Below are positions 38,998-47,973 of a DNA stretch of 64,000 nt, piece after piece. Within the stretch, counting starts at the first letter, position 1. Each line of letters opens with the position of its first letter. A model generated the notes under the pieces. The model made no database searches and was not told where the DNA came from. It was given only the letters and a program-made list of their open reading frames with translations. The position numbers were made by a program, and so were the translations under genes. This stretch comes from an uncultured Vampirovibrionales bacterium (lineage in GTDB: Bacteria > Cyanobacteriota > Vampirovibrionia > Vampirovibrionales > Vampirovibrionaceae), in contig CAYMIG010000001.1 of the NCBI GenBank assembly GCA_964390635.1, positions 203,321 through 267,320 of the forward strand, given 5' to 3'.

Positions 38998-39552
38998 CTA
39001 CCGCTGTCGGCTGTAGGTGCCCATCAGAACGGCAGTGTCCAGCACGTGCCCCTGCATGGCCTCGCCCAGGCGGTGTTTGTCGGTGCCGGCAGGCAGATCC
39101 AGCCGGGTATTAAGCGCGTAAAGCGTAAAGAAGTAACGGTGCATGCCGGAAGGCGGGCAAGGGCCTCCGTAGGTTTGCCTGTGGAAGCTGTTGGTGCCGG
39201 CCCGGGCCTGTTCCGGCCAATCGTTCTCGGCGATGACCTGGGTTTCCGGCGGGATGTTCCATAACACCCAGTGGTCAAAGGTGCCCCGGGGCGCGTCGGG
39301 ATCCTCCATAATCAGTGCCAGGGACTTGGCATTGGCCGGTACGCCGTCGATGTGCAGGGGCGGGTTGGATTCCTCGCCGTCGCAGGTGTAGCGCAGCGGG
39401 ATGGCTCCCTTGTGCTGGAAGGCGGGGCTGGTGAGTCTCAGGGTTTTGGTGACGGGCATGGCGGTGTCTCCTTCTCTATCCGTTGCGGCATGGCACCCGC
39501 TCAGCCAGGGGGCGCCCATCAACAGCGCGCCTGCCAGGCCCAGGCTGAGCAT
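38998..39552 (-). CDS. YbhB/YbcL family PEBP (Raf kinase inhibitor-like) lipoprotein
   Basis: Signal peptide with lipobox LSGC, then PEBP motifs LIMEDPDAPRGTFDHWVLWNIP...YGGPCPPSGMHRYFFTLYAL. Confidence 0.8.
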   Translation of the reverse strand: MLSLGLAGALLMGAPWLSGCHAATDREGDTAMPVTKTLRLTSPAFQHKGAIPLRYTCDGEESNPPLHIDGVPANAKSLALIMEDPDAPRGTFDHWVLWNIPPETQVIAENDWPEQARAGTNSFHRQTYGGPCPPSGMHRYFFTLYALNTRLDLPAGTDKHRLGEAMQGHVLDTAVLMGTYSRQR

Positions 39553-39720
39553 GGTGCTTGCGGGTCTCAATATGGGACTCCCTCTTTTTTTACAGAGGTT
39601 TTTATACCGCATGGGCAAGCCGCCGACAAGCGCGAGTATACGCTGCCTGGCGCAAATAAAACCCCCGCAGGCACGTACGGGGGAGTGATGCTTTGCTTGG
39701 AAAGAATGGGTTAAGTCAAG

Positions 39721-40524
39721 TCAGCCGGCAAACAGCGCCAGCATTTCGTTTGCCTGTCCCCGCCCGCTGCCTTTGCAGCTGATGAAGCGCTGCACCTTGA
39801 ACGAAATGATTTTTGCCGACTCGTAGGCGGTTTGGGTAAAAACCGTATCGTGGTTGGAAATAACCACCACAATGCCTTTTTTGGCCAGGTAGCGGGCAAG
39901 ATCGGCCAGCTCCCGCTGCTCGGCTTCGCCAAAGCCGTCGGCGCTGTAGCTGGTAAAATTGGCCGTCTGGCTGAGCGGCACGTAAGGCGGATCGCAATAC
40001 ACCACGTCTCCCGGGCGGGCGGATTTCATGGTGGTTGCGAAATCCTGGATTTTCAGTTCGGCACCCTGTAATTTCTCGTGAAAAGCCATCATCTCGATTT
40101 CGGGGAAATAGGGCCGGGTGTACTTGCCGAACGGCACGTTGAAACCGCCGCTGGCGTTGAACCGGCACAACCCGTTATAGCCGTGCTTGTTGAAGTACAC
40201 AAACAACGCCGCCCGCAGCCGCAAATCGGTGGTGGTGTTGAAAATACCGCGGAACAGGTAATAGGTTTGCGCGTTGTTGGTTTCCGGGGTGAACAGCCCC
40301 TTGCAGTAGCTGATGAATTTTTTGCCGTCTTTTTGCAGATATTCGTAAAGGTGGATGAGGTCGGTATTAATGTCGCTGAGCAAATAAGCGGGGTAGTCGG
40401 TATTCAGGAACACCGCGCCCGAACCGGTAAAGGGCTCGATGAGCCGGTTGCCAGCGGGAAGCACCTCGCGGATCCGGTCAATAATTGCGTACTTATTCCC
40501 AGCCCACTTTAAGAAAGGCTTCAT
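39721..40524 (-). CDS. dam: DNA adenine methyltransferase (Dam, GATC N6-adenine MTase, alpha group)
   Basis: MKPFLKWAGNKYAIIDRI...PFTGSGAVFLN (motif I/X region), the DPPY catalytic motif (VYCDPPYVPLS) and a D12-class layout. Local GC is visibly lower (~53%) than the flanks. Confidence 0.85.
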   Translation of the reverse strand: MKPFLKWAGNKYAIIDRIREVLPAGNRLIEPFTGSGAVFLNTDYPAYLLSDINTDLIHLYEYLQKDGKKFISYCKGLFTPETNNAQTYYLFRGIFNTTTDLRLRAALFVYFNKHGYNGLCRFNASGGFNVPFGKYTRPYFPEIEMMAFHEKLQGAELKIQDFATTMKSARPGDVVYCDPPYVPLSQTANFTSYSADGFGEAEQRELADLARYLAKKGIVVVISNHDTVFTQTAYESAKIISFKVQRFISCKGSGRGQANEMLALFAG

Positions 40525-40755
40525 ACGTACTCCACTGCCACACTTTGTACCACCAGGTTGAACTCATCATAAAGCTATATGCGGAAAAGGGGAAGTGCCG
40601 CCTGTTTAATCACAAGTGCCCGAAAGCCGCATGGCAAAAGATCGCCCGGATCATCAAGCGGCGGAAACCGATCCACGATCCGGGCGATGCATGTTGGAAG
40701 GGTCAAAACATGGCTCGCTCTAGGCGAAAATTCGTTGAAAAAATTTTTTGCCGCG

Positions 40756-42210
40756 CTAAATGTAGCCCCGCGCCTTGGCGGCTTCCACAACCCGTTGCAC
40801 GGCAAGCATAAAGGCGGCATCGCGCAGCGGCACTTTTTTCTCGTCGGACAGGGTTTTAATTTCGCGGTAGGCGGTGGTCATTTTCTTTTCCAGTTTCTGA
40901 TCCACCTCGTCCTCGTCCCATTGCTGGTGCTCCATGTTCTGCACCCATTCGAAGTACGAGACGGTCACCCCGCCCGCGTTGGCCAGGATGTCGGGAATGA
41001 CCCGCACGCCCTTGCGGTTGAGAATCTGGTCGGCGCCCGGCGTGGTGGGGCCGTTGGCGCATTCCAGCACCACTTTGGCTTTGACCCGGTCGGCGTTTTT
41101 CTCGGTCAGCACCATTTCCTTGGCGGCGGGCACCAACACGTCCACCGGCAGTTCCATCAGTTCCGCCGGGTTGGCCAGGGAGGTGGCCCCCTTGAAGCCC
41201 AGCACGGAGCCGTGCTGCTTTTCATACTCTTTCAGGGCCTTCACATCAATGCCGTCCTTGTTGTACATGGCCCCGTCCACGGTGCTGATGGCCACTACTT
41301 TGACGCCCGCCTTTTGCAGGTTTTCGGCAATGAAATAGCCCACGTTGCCAAAGCCCTGCACGGCGGCGGTGGCGGTTTTCAGGTTGATGTTGGCATCCTT
41401 CAGCGCCTCGCGCAGCACAAAAAATGCGCCCCGCCCGGTGGCGGATTCCCGGCCCTTCGATCCCCCCAGCGACAAGGGTTTTCCGGTCACCACGGCGGTT
41501 TCGTTGTTGCCGCCGTTGCCCCGGATGCGCCCGAACTCATCCATCATCCAGGCCATGGTCTGGGCGTTGGTGTTCATGTCGGGGGCGGGAATGTCCGTTT
41601 CCGGGCCGATGATGCGGGAAATCTTGCGGGTATAGTCCCGGGTCACGCGTTCCAGCTCGGCCTGGGAATACTTACGGGGATCAATCTGGATGCCGCCCTT
41701 GGCGCCGCCATAGGGAATGTTCATTACCGCGCACTTCCAGGTCATCAGCGAGGCCAGCGCCAGCACCTCATCCTCGCTGACATGTTCGTCATAGCGCACC
41801 CCGCCCTTGTAGGGCCCGCGGGCCCCGTTGTGCTGCACCCGGTAGCCGGTAAAGCTGTCCAGGCTGCCGTCGTCGCGGCGCAGCATCACCTGCACCTCCA
41901 GCTTGCGGTAGGGGGTGGTCAGCACTTTCCGCACCTGGGGATCGAGTTGCAGCATATCCGCCACCCGGTTGAACTGGTAAACCTGCGCAAGATGCGGGTT
42001 GTTCTCCGCCTCGGCCAGGGTAGGCGCCGCTTTTCCGGCAAAGCGCACCCGGCTGGCCAGTTGGGCCAGCATTTGGCTGGTGGGCAGGTAGGTGCCGAAG
42101 TGGCGGGATTCCGTTTGCGCCGGTGTCGGCGGGGTGGCTGGTTGCCCGGCACCGAACCGCGTCGGATGCGGGGCTAGCGACATCAGGTGATTGACAGCAT
42201 GGCTGATCAT
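40756..42210 (-). CDS. gdhA: Glu/Leu/Phe/Val-family glutamate dehydrogenase
   Basis: GYRVQHNGARGPYKGGVRY, the catalytic-Lys region MNIPYGGAKGGI, and the NAD(P) fold GFGNVG. The start was kept at the ATG with strong SD (GAGGGGAGA). This leaves a ~46-aa low-complexity N-terminal extension; the alternative start is the ATG at 42072. Confidence 0.8.
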   Translation of the reverse strand: MISHAVNHLMSLAPHPTRFGAGQPATPPTPAQTESRHFGTYLPTSQMLAQLASRVRFAGKAAPTLAEAENNPHLAQVYQFNRVADMLQLDPQVRKVLTTPYRKLEVQVMLRRDDGSLDSFTGYRVQHNGARGPYKGGVRYDEHVSEDEVLALASLMTWKCAVMNIPYGGAKGGIQIDPRKYSQAELERVTRDYTRKISRIIGPETDIPAPDMNTNAQTMAWMMDEFGRIRGNGGNNETAVVTGKPLSLGGSKGRESATGRGAFFVLREALKDANINLKTATAAVQGFGNVGYFIAENLQKAGVKVVAISTVDGAMYNKDGIDVKALKEYEKQHGSVLGFKGATSLANPAELMELPVDVLVPAAKEMVLTEKNADRVKAKVVLECANGPTTPGADQILNRKGVRVIPDILANAGGVTVSYFEWVQNMEHQQWDEDEVDQKLEKKMTTAYREIKTLSDEKKVPLRDAAFMLAVQRVVEAAKARGYI

Positions 42211-42461
42211 GGCAGGTTCTCCCCTCGTTAAATTCAGATGGCGGCGCCATCTTCCCCCTATGGCATCGTGATGATGTAAAAGCTTAGAAACAGGAAATTT
42301 TTACCATAAACACGCAGGCATGCCTATGGTCGCTCCCCTGCTTTCCATGCTAAACCCGGGCCCGCGATACAATTGCGGGCGGCGGCATGCGGTGTTGGTT
42401 GTCGAATGGCCGTTTAATACTTATAATGGTCTTTTCACGGGGGATCTGAGGAGGAAGCATC

Positions 42462-43769
42462 ATGCTGAACGGCGTTCGAATGGCCGGTGCGCCAATCCGG
42501 GCCATACAGGGCGGGGCGGTTACCTTGCCAATGGTCTATCCGGGCTTGCTTTTCGGACAGGATGCCTTCCAGCCCTCGCCTAAAACCGGGATCGTGGCCA
42601 GCATCGGCCCGGCCAGCAACAACCCGGAAACCATCGAAAAGCTGATTCTTGCCGGGGTGGGCGTTTTCCGCATTAATTTTGCCACCGGCACCCATGGGCA
42701 GCACGGCGAAACCGTGGATCGCATTCGCGAGGTCGCGGCAAAACTGAAAGAAGCAGGCGCCCTGAGCAGGCCGGTGCGCATTATGGCCGATCTGGAAGGC
42801 CCCCGCATCGCGGTGGGCACCATGCCATTTAGCCAGGGCGTGGCCAAGGGAGATACGGTAAAGCTGAGCCCGGCCCGCCTTGCCGATGCGCAGGGCGTGG
42901 TGCCCACCACCTACCCGGAGCTGGTGGCTAGCCTGCAACCCGGAAACCGGGTGATTGTGGCCGACGGCCAGGTGATTTTGCAGGTCACCGAACCCGCCTC
43001 CGACGCCAGTGGTGGCATGGCAACCTGCAAAGTGGTGAAAGGAGGCATGTTGTCTTCCAACCAGATGATCAACGCCCCGGATGCCCCGCTCAAAACGCCG
43101 CCCCTCACCGAAAAAGACATTGCCGACCTGGAATTCGCCCTGTCGAAAGACATTGAGATTATTACCCAGAGCTACCCCGGTTCCGCCGATGACGTGCGGG
43201 AATGCCGCCGCCGCATCCAGGCCAGCGGCAAGCCGGCGGAGCTGATTGCCAAAATCGAGCGTCCCCAGACCGTGGAGCCGGCCATGCTGAAGGCCATCGC
43301 CGAGGCGGCGGACGGTATTATGGTGGCCCGGGGGGATCTCGCCACCGAAACCGGCATTAACCACCTGCCCCGCTTGCAGCAACGCATTATCGACGCCGCC
43401 AAGGCCCAGGGCAAGTTCGTGGTGGTGGCCAACAAGCTGCTGGGATCGATGGTGGACAGCGATCAGCCCAGCCGCTCCGATGTGTTCGACGTAACCCGCG
43501 CCGTGGAGAGCGGGGCCGACTGGCTGATGCTGACCGCCGAGACGGCTTCGGGTAAATACCCGGTGGAAGCGGTGGAAACCGCCGCCGAGCTTATTCGTAT
43601 CTACTCGCCCCAAGCGGCACCGCCTTTGCCACCGCCCAAAACGCTCTCTAAAACTGAAAGCCTGCTGGAAAACATCCGCCAGGCGCTGCACAAACTGCTG
43701 GATCAACTCTTTGAGCAGTTCAGCGGATGGCTCAGGGCAACGCTTGGGCGCTTTGGCAAGCCGGCATAA
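42462..43769 (+). CDS. pyruvate kinase-like protein (PK barrel domain only; C-terminal alpha/beta domain absent)
   Basis: KTGIVASIGPASNNPETIEKLILAGVGVFRINFATGTHGQH and MVARGDLATETG match PK signatures. The protein ends ~50 aa after the barrel with an unrelated helical tail. GAGGAGGA SD. Confidence 0.6.
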   Translation: MLNGVRMAGAPIRAIQGGAVTLPMVYPGLLFGQDAFQPSPKTGIVASIGPASNNPETIEKLILAGVGVFRINFATGTHGQHGETVDRIREVAAKLKEAGALSRPVRIMADLEGPRIAVGTMPFSQGVAKGDTVKLSPARLADAQGVVPTTYPELVASLQPGNRVIVADGQVILQVTEPASDASGGMATCKVVKGGMLSSNQMINAPDAPLKTPPLTEKDIADLEFALSKDIEIITQSYPGSADDVRECRRRIQASGKPAELIAKIERPQTVEPAMLKAIAEAADGIMVARGDLATETGINHLPRLQQRIIDAAKAQGKFVVVANKLLGSMVDSDQPSRSDVFDVTRAVESGADWLMLTAETASGKYPVEAVETAAELIRIYSPQAAPPLPPPKTLSKTESLLENIRQALHKLLDQLFEQFSGWLRATLGRFGKPA

Positions 43770-44218
43770 GCCCGTCAGATGATATCCTTTGCGCTTGGAT
43801 AAAGAAATATAAAATATTTTCGGTGGCGCTAAGCAAACTTTTCCATGTTTCGACTTTATTTTGTCAAGAAGTGGGTGCGCGGTCGATTTGACCGGCAGAT
43901 AGTTTAAATATCTCCGATTAAATTTATACCGATCCCATATGTATTCTTGATGGAAAAGGTTACTTAACAAATGATTACAAGGTCTTTACTTAGACAGTTG
44001 ATGAGTGAAAATGATATCAACATCAGCAAACTTAGGTTTGTTTGAGACTGTCTGAGTCCTGGCAACGATGGGGCCACCCGGTGAACCCGGAACCCCGCTG
44101 GCCAAAAGACCAAATCAAGTGGGTAATAACAGCATAAAGGCTTTTTTCGTGGCGGAAGCGCGGCTTCTGTCACACAACACACGAATCTAAAGGCTAAAAA
44201 TAGAAGGTGATGAACATT

Positions 44219-44246
44219 AGGTTTCCGCAAGGAAACCTTTTTTTTA
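44219..44246 (+). terminator. rho-independent terminator (AGGTTTCCGCAAGGAAACCT + T8)
   Basis: Perfect 8-bp stem with a GCAA tetraloop, followed by TTTTTTTTA on the plus strand. It lies ~450 nt downstream of the nearest plus-strand CDS, inside an AT-rich gap. Confidence 0.6.
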
Positions 44247-44291
44247 TCCTTTTGCGGGGGGCGGGCCTGGGCATACCGGCCAGCGATAGGG

Positions 44292-44975
44292 CTAGTGCCC
44301 GGCTGCGGTTTCCCCGGTAAAGGCCCGTACCAGGATGGGGAAAATGCCGTTGACGATGAATTGCACGCCCACGCACAGCAGGATAAAGCCCATAATGCGG
44401 GTGAATGCCTTCACAATGGTGGCGCCCAGCCGCTGCATGATGCTGTCGGACACGCGCATGGTGAAATAACTGCTCAGGCATACCGCGGCGATGGCCAGCA
44501 GGATCATGGCATAATCCAGCACGCCCTTGGCGTTGGTGGTCATCCCGATAATCACGGCGATGGCCCCCGGCCCGCTCAGCAGGGGCATGGCCAGCGGGGA
44601 AAAGGCGATATCCTCGTGCTCCTCAGCCCGGTGGGTGGCTTCCTTCTGCTCGTCGGCTTCCAGGGATTCTTTTTTGCCAAGCATCCCGTAGGCGGAAGCC
44701 AGAATCATCAGGCCGCCGGCAATCCGCAGGGCGTCAATGGAGATCTGGAAAAAGTTCAGAATCAGGCTGCCCGTGGCAAAGAACACGGACAGGATGGCGA
44801 AGGCGTAGATGGATGCCTTCCAGGCCAGGGCGTTGCGCTGCTGGGGCGTCTGGTGCTCGGTGAGCGTGACGAAGATGGGGGCCGCCATCAGCGGATCGAC
44901 GATGGAAAACAGCGAGACGAAAGTCCCGACAAAAAACAATGCCAGCGCCGAAAGGGAATCAAAGGTGAGGTTCAT
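44292..44975 (-). CDS. marC: MarC family (UPF0056) integral membrane protein
   Basis: MNLTFDSLSALALFFVGTFVSLFSIVDPLMAAPIFVTL... is a typical MarC N-terminus with 6 TM segments. Start at CAT 44973-44975. Confidence 0.75.
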   Translation of the reverse strand: MNLTFDSLSALALFFVGTFVSLFSIVDPLMAAPIFVTLTEHQTPQQRNALAWKASIYAFAILSVFFATGSLILNFFQISIDALRIAGGLMILASAYGMLGKKESLEADEQKEATHRAEEHEDIAFSPLAMPLLSGPGAIAVIIGMTTNAKGVLDYAMILLAIAAVCLSSYFTMRVSDSIMQRLGATIVKAFTRIMGFILLCVGVQFIVNGIFPILVRAFTGETAAGH

Positions 44976-45281
44976 ACCGGGACTGTATAACAACGGCAGT
45001 CAAAGCACAACCCCACTCCGTATTCCGCCTGGAATGCCGGCCCGGCTTTTACTGAAAGCCGACCGGCTAATGGCCATAAGCCATCTGGGGAATTGCGGGG
45101 CCATGCGGCGGCTTGCTAATCTAGGCCTGAGGGTTTTTTATGGCGGTTTGTCGCCGTGCGGCCCAGCATCCCGTTTGACGGTCTGCCGGTTTTGGGGATG
45201 CTCGGACCCATTAAAGCCCCGTCGCCGGTTCCGTCCCGAGAGCCCGCAACTACTCCCCAAACCACTGGAAAGGATAAGACC

Positions 45282-46133
45282 ATGGACAGGTTTGAACAGA
45301 GCATCAAAGTCGAGGCCCCGGTGGCGGCCTGTTATGCGCGCTGGCACCGTTTCGAGGACTTGCCCGAATTCATGGACAACGTGGCCTCGGTCAGCCCGAT
45401 TGAGAAAGGCCGCTGGCACTGGGTGGTGAGTGGTCCCCTGGGGCAGAACCTGGAGTGGGATGCCGTGATTGACGAGGATGTCGAAAACGAGCGGATTGCC
45501 TGGCACAGCAAGTCGGAGGATCCCGAGATGAGCGTGCGGGGCGACGTTCGCTTTGAGCCCATCGGCCCCAACGCAACCCGGGTGACGGCATCGTTGCAGC
45601 TCGAGGCGCCGCTGGGCATGGTGGCCGATATCCCGCCGGGTGTATTCAGTCATCCGCAGGAGATAGTAAGCTCTGGCCTGGAAAATTTCAAACGCCTGGT
45701 GGAAGAGGGCTTGTCCGGTTACACCGGGCCTTATGACGAGGAGCCGGCCCTGCCCGATGACGTGGCGCCCTCAATTAACCTGGCCTCCGATGATCCGCTG
45801 GATCGGGTGGGCACCCCCTACCTGGGGGCGGACGGGGCCCTAGGCATCGGGGATGAGCTGGATATGCGGCAGGATTTGGCCCGTCGTCCCGCAGGCGAGG
45901 AGGAAGACATCTACGGCCCGGAATTCATGGAGGTGGATATATTTACGAGCAGCATGGATGTGTACACCGAGGACCTGGAAAGCTTTGTGGAAGACATTGA
46001 CGAGGACATCGACTCAGGCTTCGTGCAGGCGGGGGACATTGATGCCTACCTGCGCCGCATGCGGGAAGATCGGGAAGATGCTGCCGGCATCGAGCCTCCC
46101 GGCGGGGGCCCCGATGATCGGCAGGTTTCCTGA
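45282..46133 (+). CDS. SRPBCC (START/polyketide cyclase-like) domain protein with a long acidic disordered C-terminal tail
   Basis: MDRFEQSIKVEAPVAACYARWHRFEDLPEFM... is an SRPBCC N-terminal pattern. The C-terminal ~140 aa are Asp/Glu-rich low complexity. SD GGAAAGGA. Confidence 0.55.
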   Translation: MDRFEQSIKVEAPVAACYARWHRFEDLPEFMDNVASVSPIEKGRWHWVVSGPLGQNLEWDAVIDEDVENERIAWHSKSEDPEMSVRGDVRFEPIGPNATRVTASLQLEAPLGMVADIPPGVFSHPQEIVSSGLENFKRLVEEGLSGYTGPYDEEPALPDDVAPSINLASDDPLDRVGTPYLGADGALGIGDELDMRQDLARRPAGEEEDIYGPEFMEVDIFTSSMDVYTEDLESFVEDIDEDIDSGFVQAGDIDAYLRRMREDREDAAGIEPPGGGPDDRQVS

Positions 46134-46141
46134 AGGGCTGG

Positions 46142-46549
46142 TCAGGCAATCAGGTTCAACACGCTGTTCATTTGCTTGTCGCCGGTAATAATCTTGTTTA
46201 CCGGGCACTTTTCGGCCACGCGTTTCAGGTCGTCCAGTTCCTGCTGGCTGAGTTGCCCCTTCACCTCGATGGTCTTGCTGATGCTGGGCACCGTGCCGGT
46301 GGCGGTCTGCGCCTTGCCCTCGTCCAGCTTGACCGAAACCGCGTCCAGTTGATAACCCTTGCGCTTGGCGTACATTTGCAGCGTCATCGAGGTGCAGGCG
46401 CCCAGGGCTCCCAGCAGCAGGTCATGCGGGTTGGGGGCGCTATCCTGCCCGCCGCTGGCGACGGTGGCGTCGGCATAAAACGTGTGGTTTCCGGCGGTGA
46501 TCAACTGGCGGTAAGGCTGCCCCTTCAGGGCCGTTACAGTGACGGTCAT
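46142..46549 (-). CDS. OsmC/Ohr family peroxiredoxin-like protein
   Basis: 135 aa with ...GGQDSAPNPHDLLLGALGACTSMTL...VAEKCPV, i.e. the OsmC two-cysteine pattern. Confidence 0.75.
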   Translation of the reverse strand: MTVTVTALKGQPYRQLITAGNHTFYADATVASGGQDSAPNPHDLLLGALGACTSMTLQMYAKRKGYQLDAVSVKLDEGKAQTATGTVPSISKTIEVKGQLSQQELDDLKRVAEKCPVNKIITGDKQMNSVLNLIA

Positions 46550-46690
46550 GCGTGTCTCCCCCTTGCGAATTGAATCTTCCCTATCTTATCTTCCCGTTCG
46601 TCATGGCGTCAATGTGGATGATTCTTTTATGCGCCGGCATGCTTGTAGTAGCGTGTGGGGCATAATGGCAACCGGCGGAAGGAGCGGGTA

Positions 46691-47731
46691 ATGCAAACAA
46701 GGCAACTGGGACGCACGGGACTGGAAGTCAGCGTCATCTGCTTGGGCACCATGACCTGGGGCGAGCAGAACAGCGAGGCCGAGGCCTTTGAGCAAATGGA
46801 CTACGCCGTGGCGCAGGGCGTCAACTTTTTCGATACCGCCGAGCTTTACGCGGTGCCCGCCCGGGCCGAAACCTACGGGCTCACCGAAAGCTACATCGGC
46901 AACTGGCTGAAATCCCGAAAGGCGCGGGATCAAATTATTCTTGCCACCAAGGTGGCCGGCCTTTCCGGGCGCTTTACCTGGATTCGGGAGGGCAACGCCC
47001 GGCTGGATCGCCGGAACATCCGGCAGGCGCTGGAAGGCAGCCTGCGGCGCCTGCAAACCGACTACATCGATCTTTACCAGCTGCACTGGCCGGATCGCAA
47101 GACCAACTTTTTCGGTCAGGCCAACTACGTGCACGATCCCACCGATGTGTTCACCCCGCTGGAAGATACCCTGGAAGCCTTGGATGAACTGGTAATCGAA
47201 GGCAAGGTGCGCCACATCGGGGTTTCCAACGAAACGCCATGGGGCCTGATGCGTTACCTGGCCCTGGCCGAGAAAAAGGGCTATCCCCGCATGGCCAGCA
47301 TCCAGAACCCCTATAGCCTGCTGAACCGGCTATTTGAAATCGGCCTGGCCGAGGTTGCCATGCGCGAGGATGTGGGCCTGCTGGCCTACTCGCCCCTGGG
47401 ATGCGGCGTTTTAAGCGGCAAATACCTGGAAGGCAACCCGCCCGGGGCCCGCCTGACGTTGTGGGGAGAGTATTTCGATCGCTATTCCAACCCTCAGGCC
47501 ACGGCAGCCACCCGGGAATACGTGGCCCTGGCCCGCCGGCATGGCCTAACGCCCGCCCAGCTGGCCCTGGCCTTTGTCAATCAGCGCGACTTTGTGGCCA
47601 GCAACATTATTGGGGCGACCCGCATGGCGCAGTTGAAGGAAAACATCGCCAGCGTTCAGCTGCGGCTTTCGCCCGAAATCCTGGCTGAAATCGAGGCCAT
47701 CCACGAACGCCATCCCAACCCGTCCAGCTAG
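46691..47731 (+). CDS. NADP(H)-dependent aldo-keto reductase (Tas/YdjG-like)
   Basis: MQTRQLGRTGLEVSVICLGTMTWG...VNFFDTAELYA...IGVSNETPWG. Confidence 0.8.
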   Translation: MQTRQLGRTGLEVSVICLGTMTWGEQNSEAEAFEQMDYAVAQGVNFFDTAELYAVPARAETYGLTESYIGNWLKSRKARDQIILATKVAGLSGRFTWIREGNARLDRRNIRQALEGSLRRLQTDYIDLYQLHWPDRKTNFFGQANYVHDPTDVFTPLEDTLEALDELVIEGKVRHIGVSNETPWGLMRYLALAEKKGYPRMASIQNPYSLLNRLFEIGLAEVAMREDVGLLAYSPLGCGVLSGKYLEGNPPGARLTLWGEYFDRYSNPQATAATREYVALARRHGLTPAQLALAFVNQRDFVASNIIGATRMAQLKENIASVQLRLSPEILAEIEAIHERHPNPSS

Positions 47732-47743
47732 CCAAAAAAATAA

Positions 47744-47769
47744 GCTGGCAGGCGGTTTGGTCTGCCAGC
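47744..47769. terminator. bidirectional terminator hairpin (GCTGGCAGGCGGTTTGGTCTGCCAGC) between convergent AKR and ilvE genes
   Basis: 8-bp GC-rich stem, preceded by an A8 run (a T-run for the minus-strand transcript) and followed by a TT-rich stretch. A second smaller hairpin lies directly after the ilvE stop at 47953-47973. Confidence 0.45.
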
Positions 47770-47973
47770 ATTAAGGTTTTCGATCAAATTTATCCTCTCA
47801 CCTGAGGATGGTGTTGATCTTACGGAAAATTCCGCCAAGCTGAACCGGCTAGATCTTCGTTTTTCTGAAAAGCCCGGTTTCATTGCCTGGGAGGCTCGCA
47901 CGCAATGTTAACCCGGCTTAACATTCATCAAATCAGCCTTGAAAGTATAAAACCTTACCGAAAGGTAGATTTA

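Noticed and set aside
40485-40811. 108-aa plus-strand ORF between dam and gdhA
   Set aside because: There is no SD, the composition is basic and low-complexity, and it overlaps the 3-prime end of gdhA on the opposite strand. It is likely spurious.
42435-43970. 511-aa minus-strand ORF
   Set aside because: It is antisense to the pyruvate-kinase-like gene and has no motifs. The sense gene has canonical PK signatures.
43964-44230. 88-aa minus-strand ORF in the AT-rich intergenic island
   Set aside because: It is Cys/Phe/Leu-rich nonsense with no SD, and it overlaps the predicted terminator. The region is more plausibly non-coding or an sRNA.
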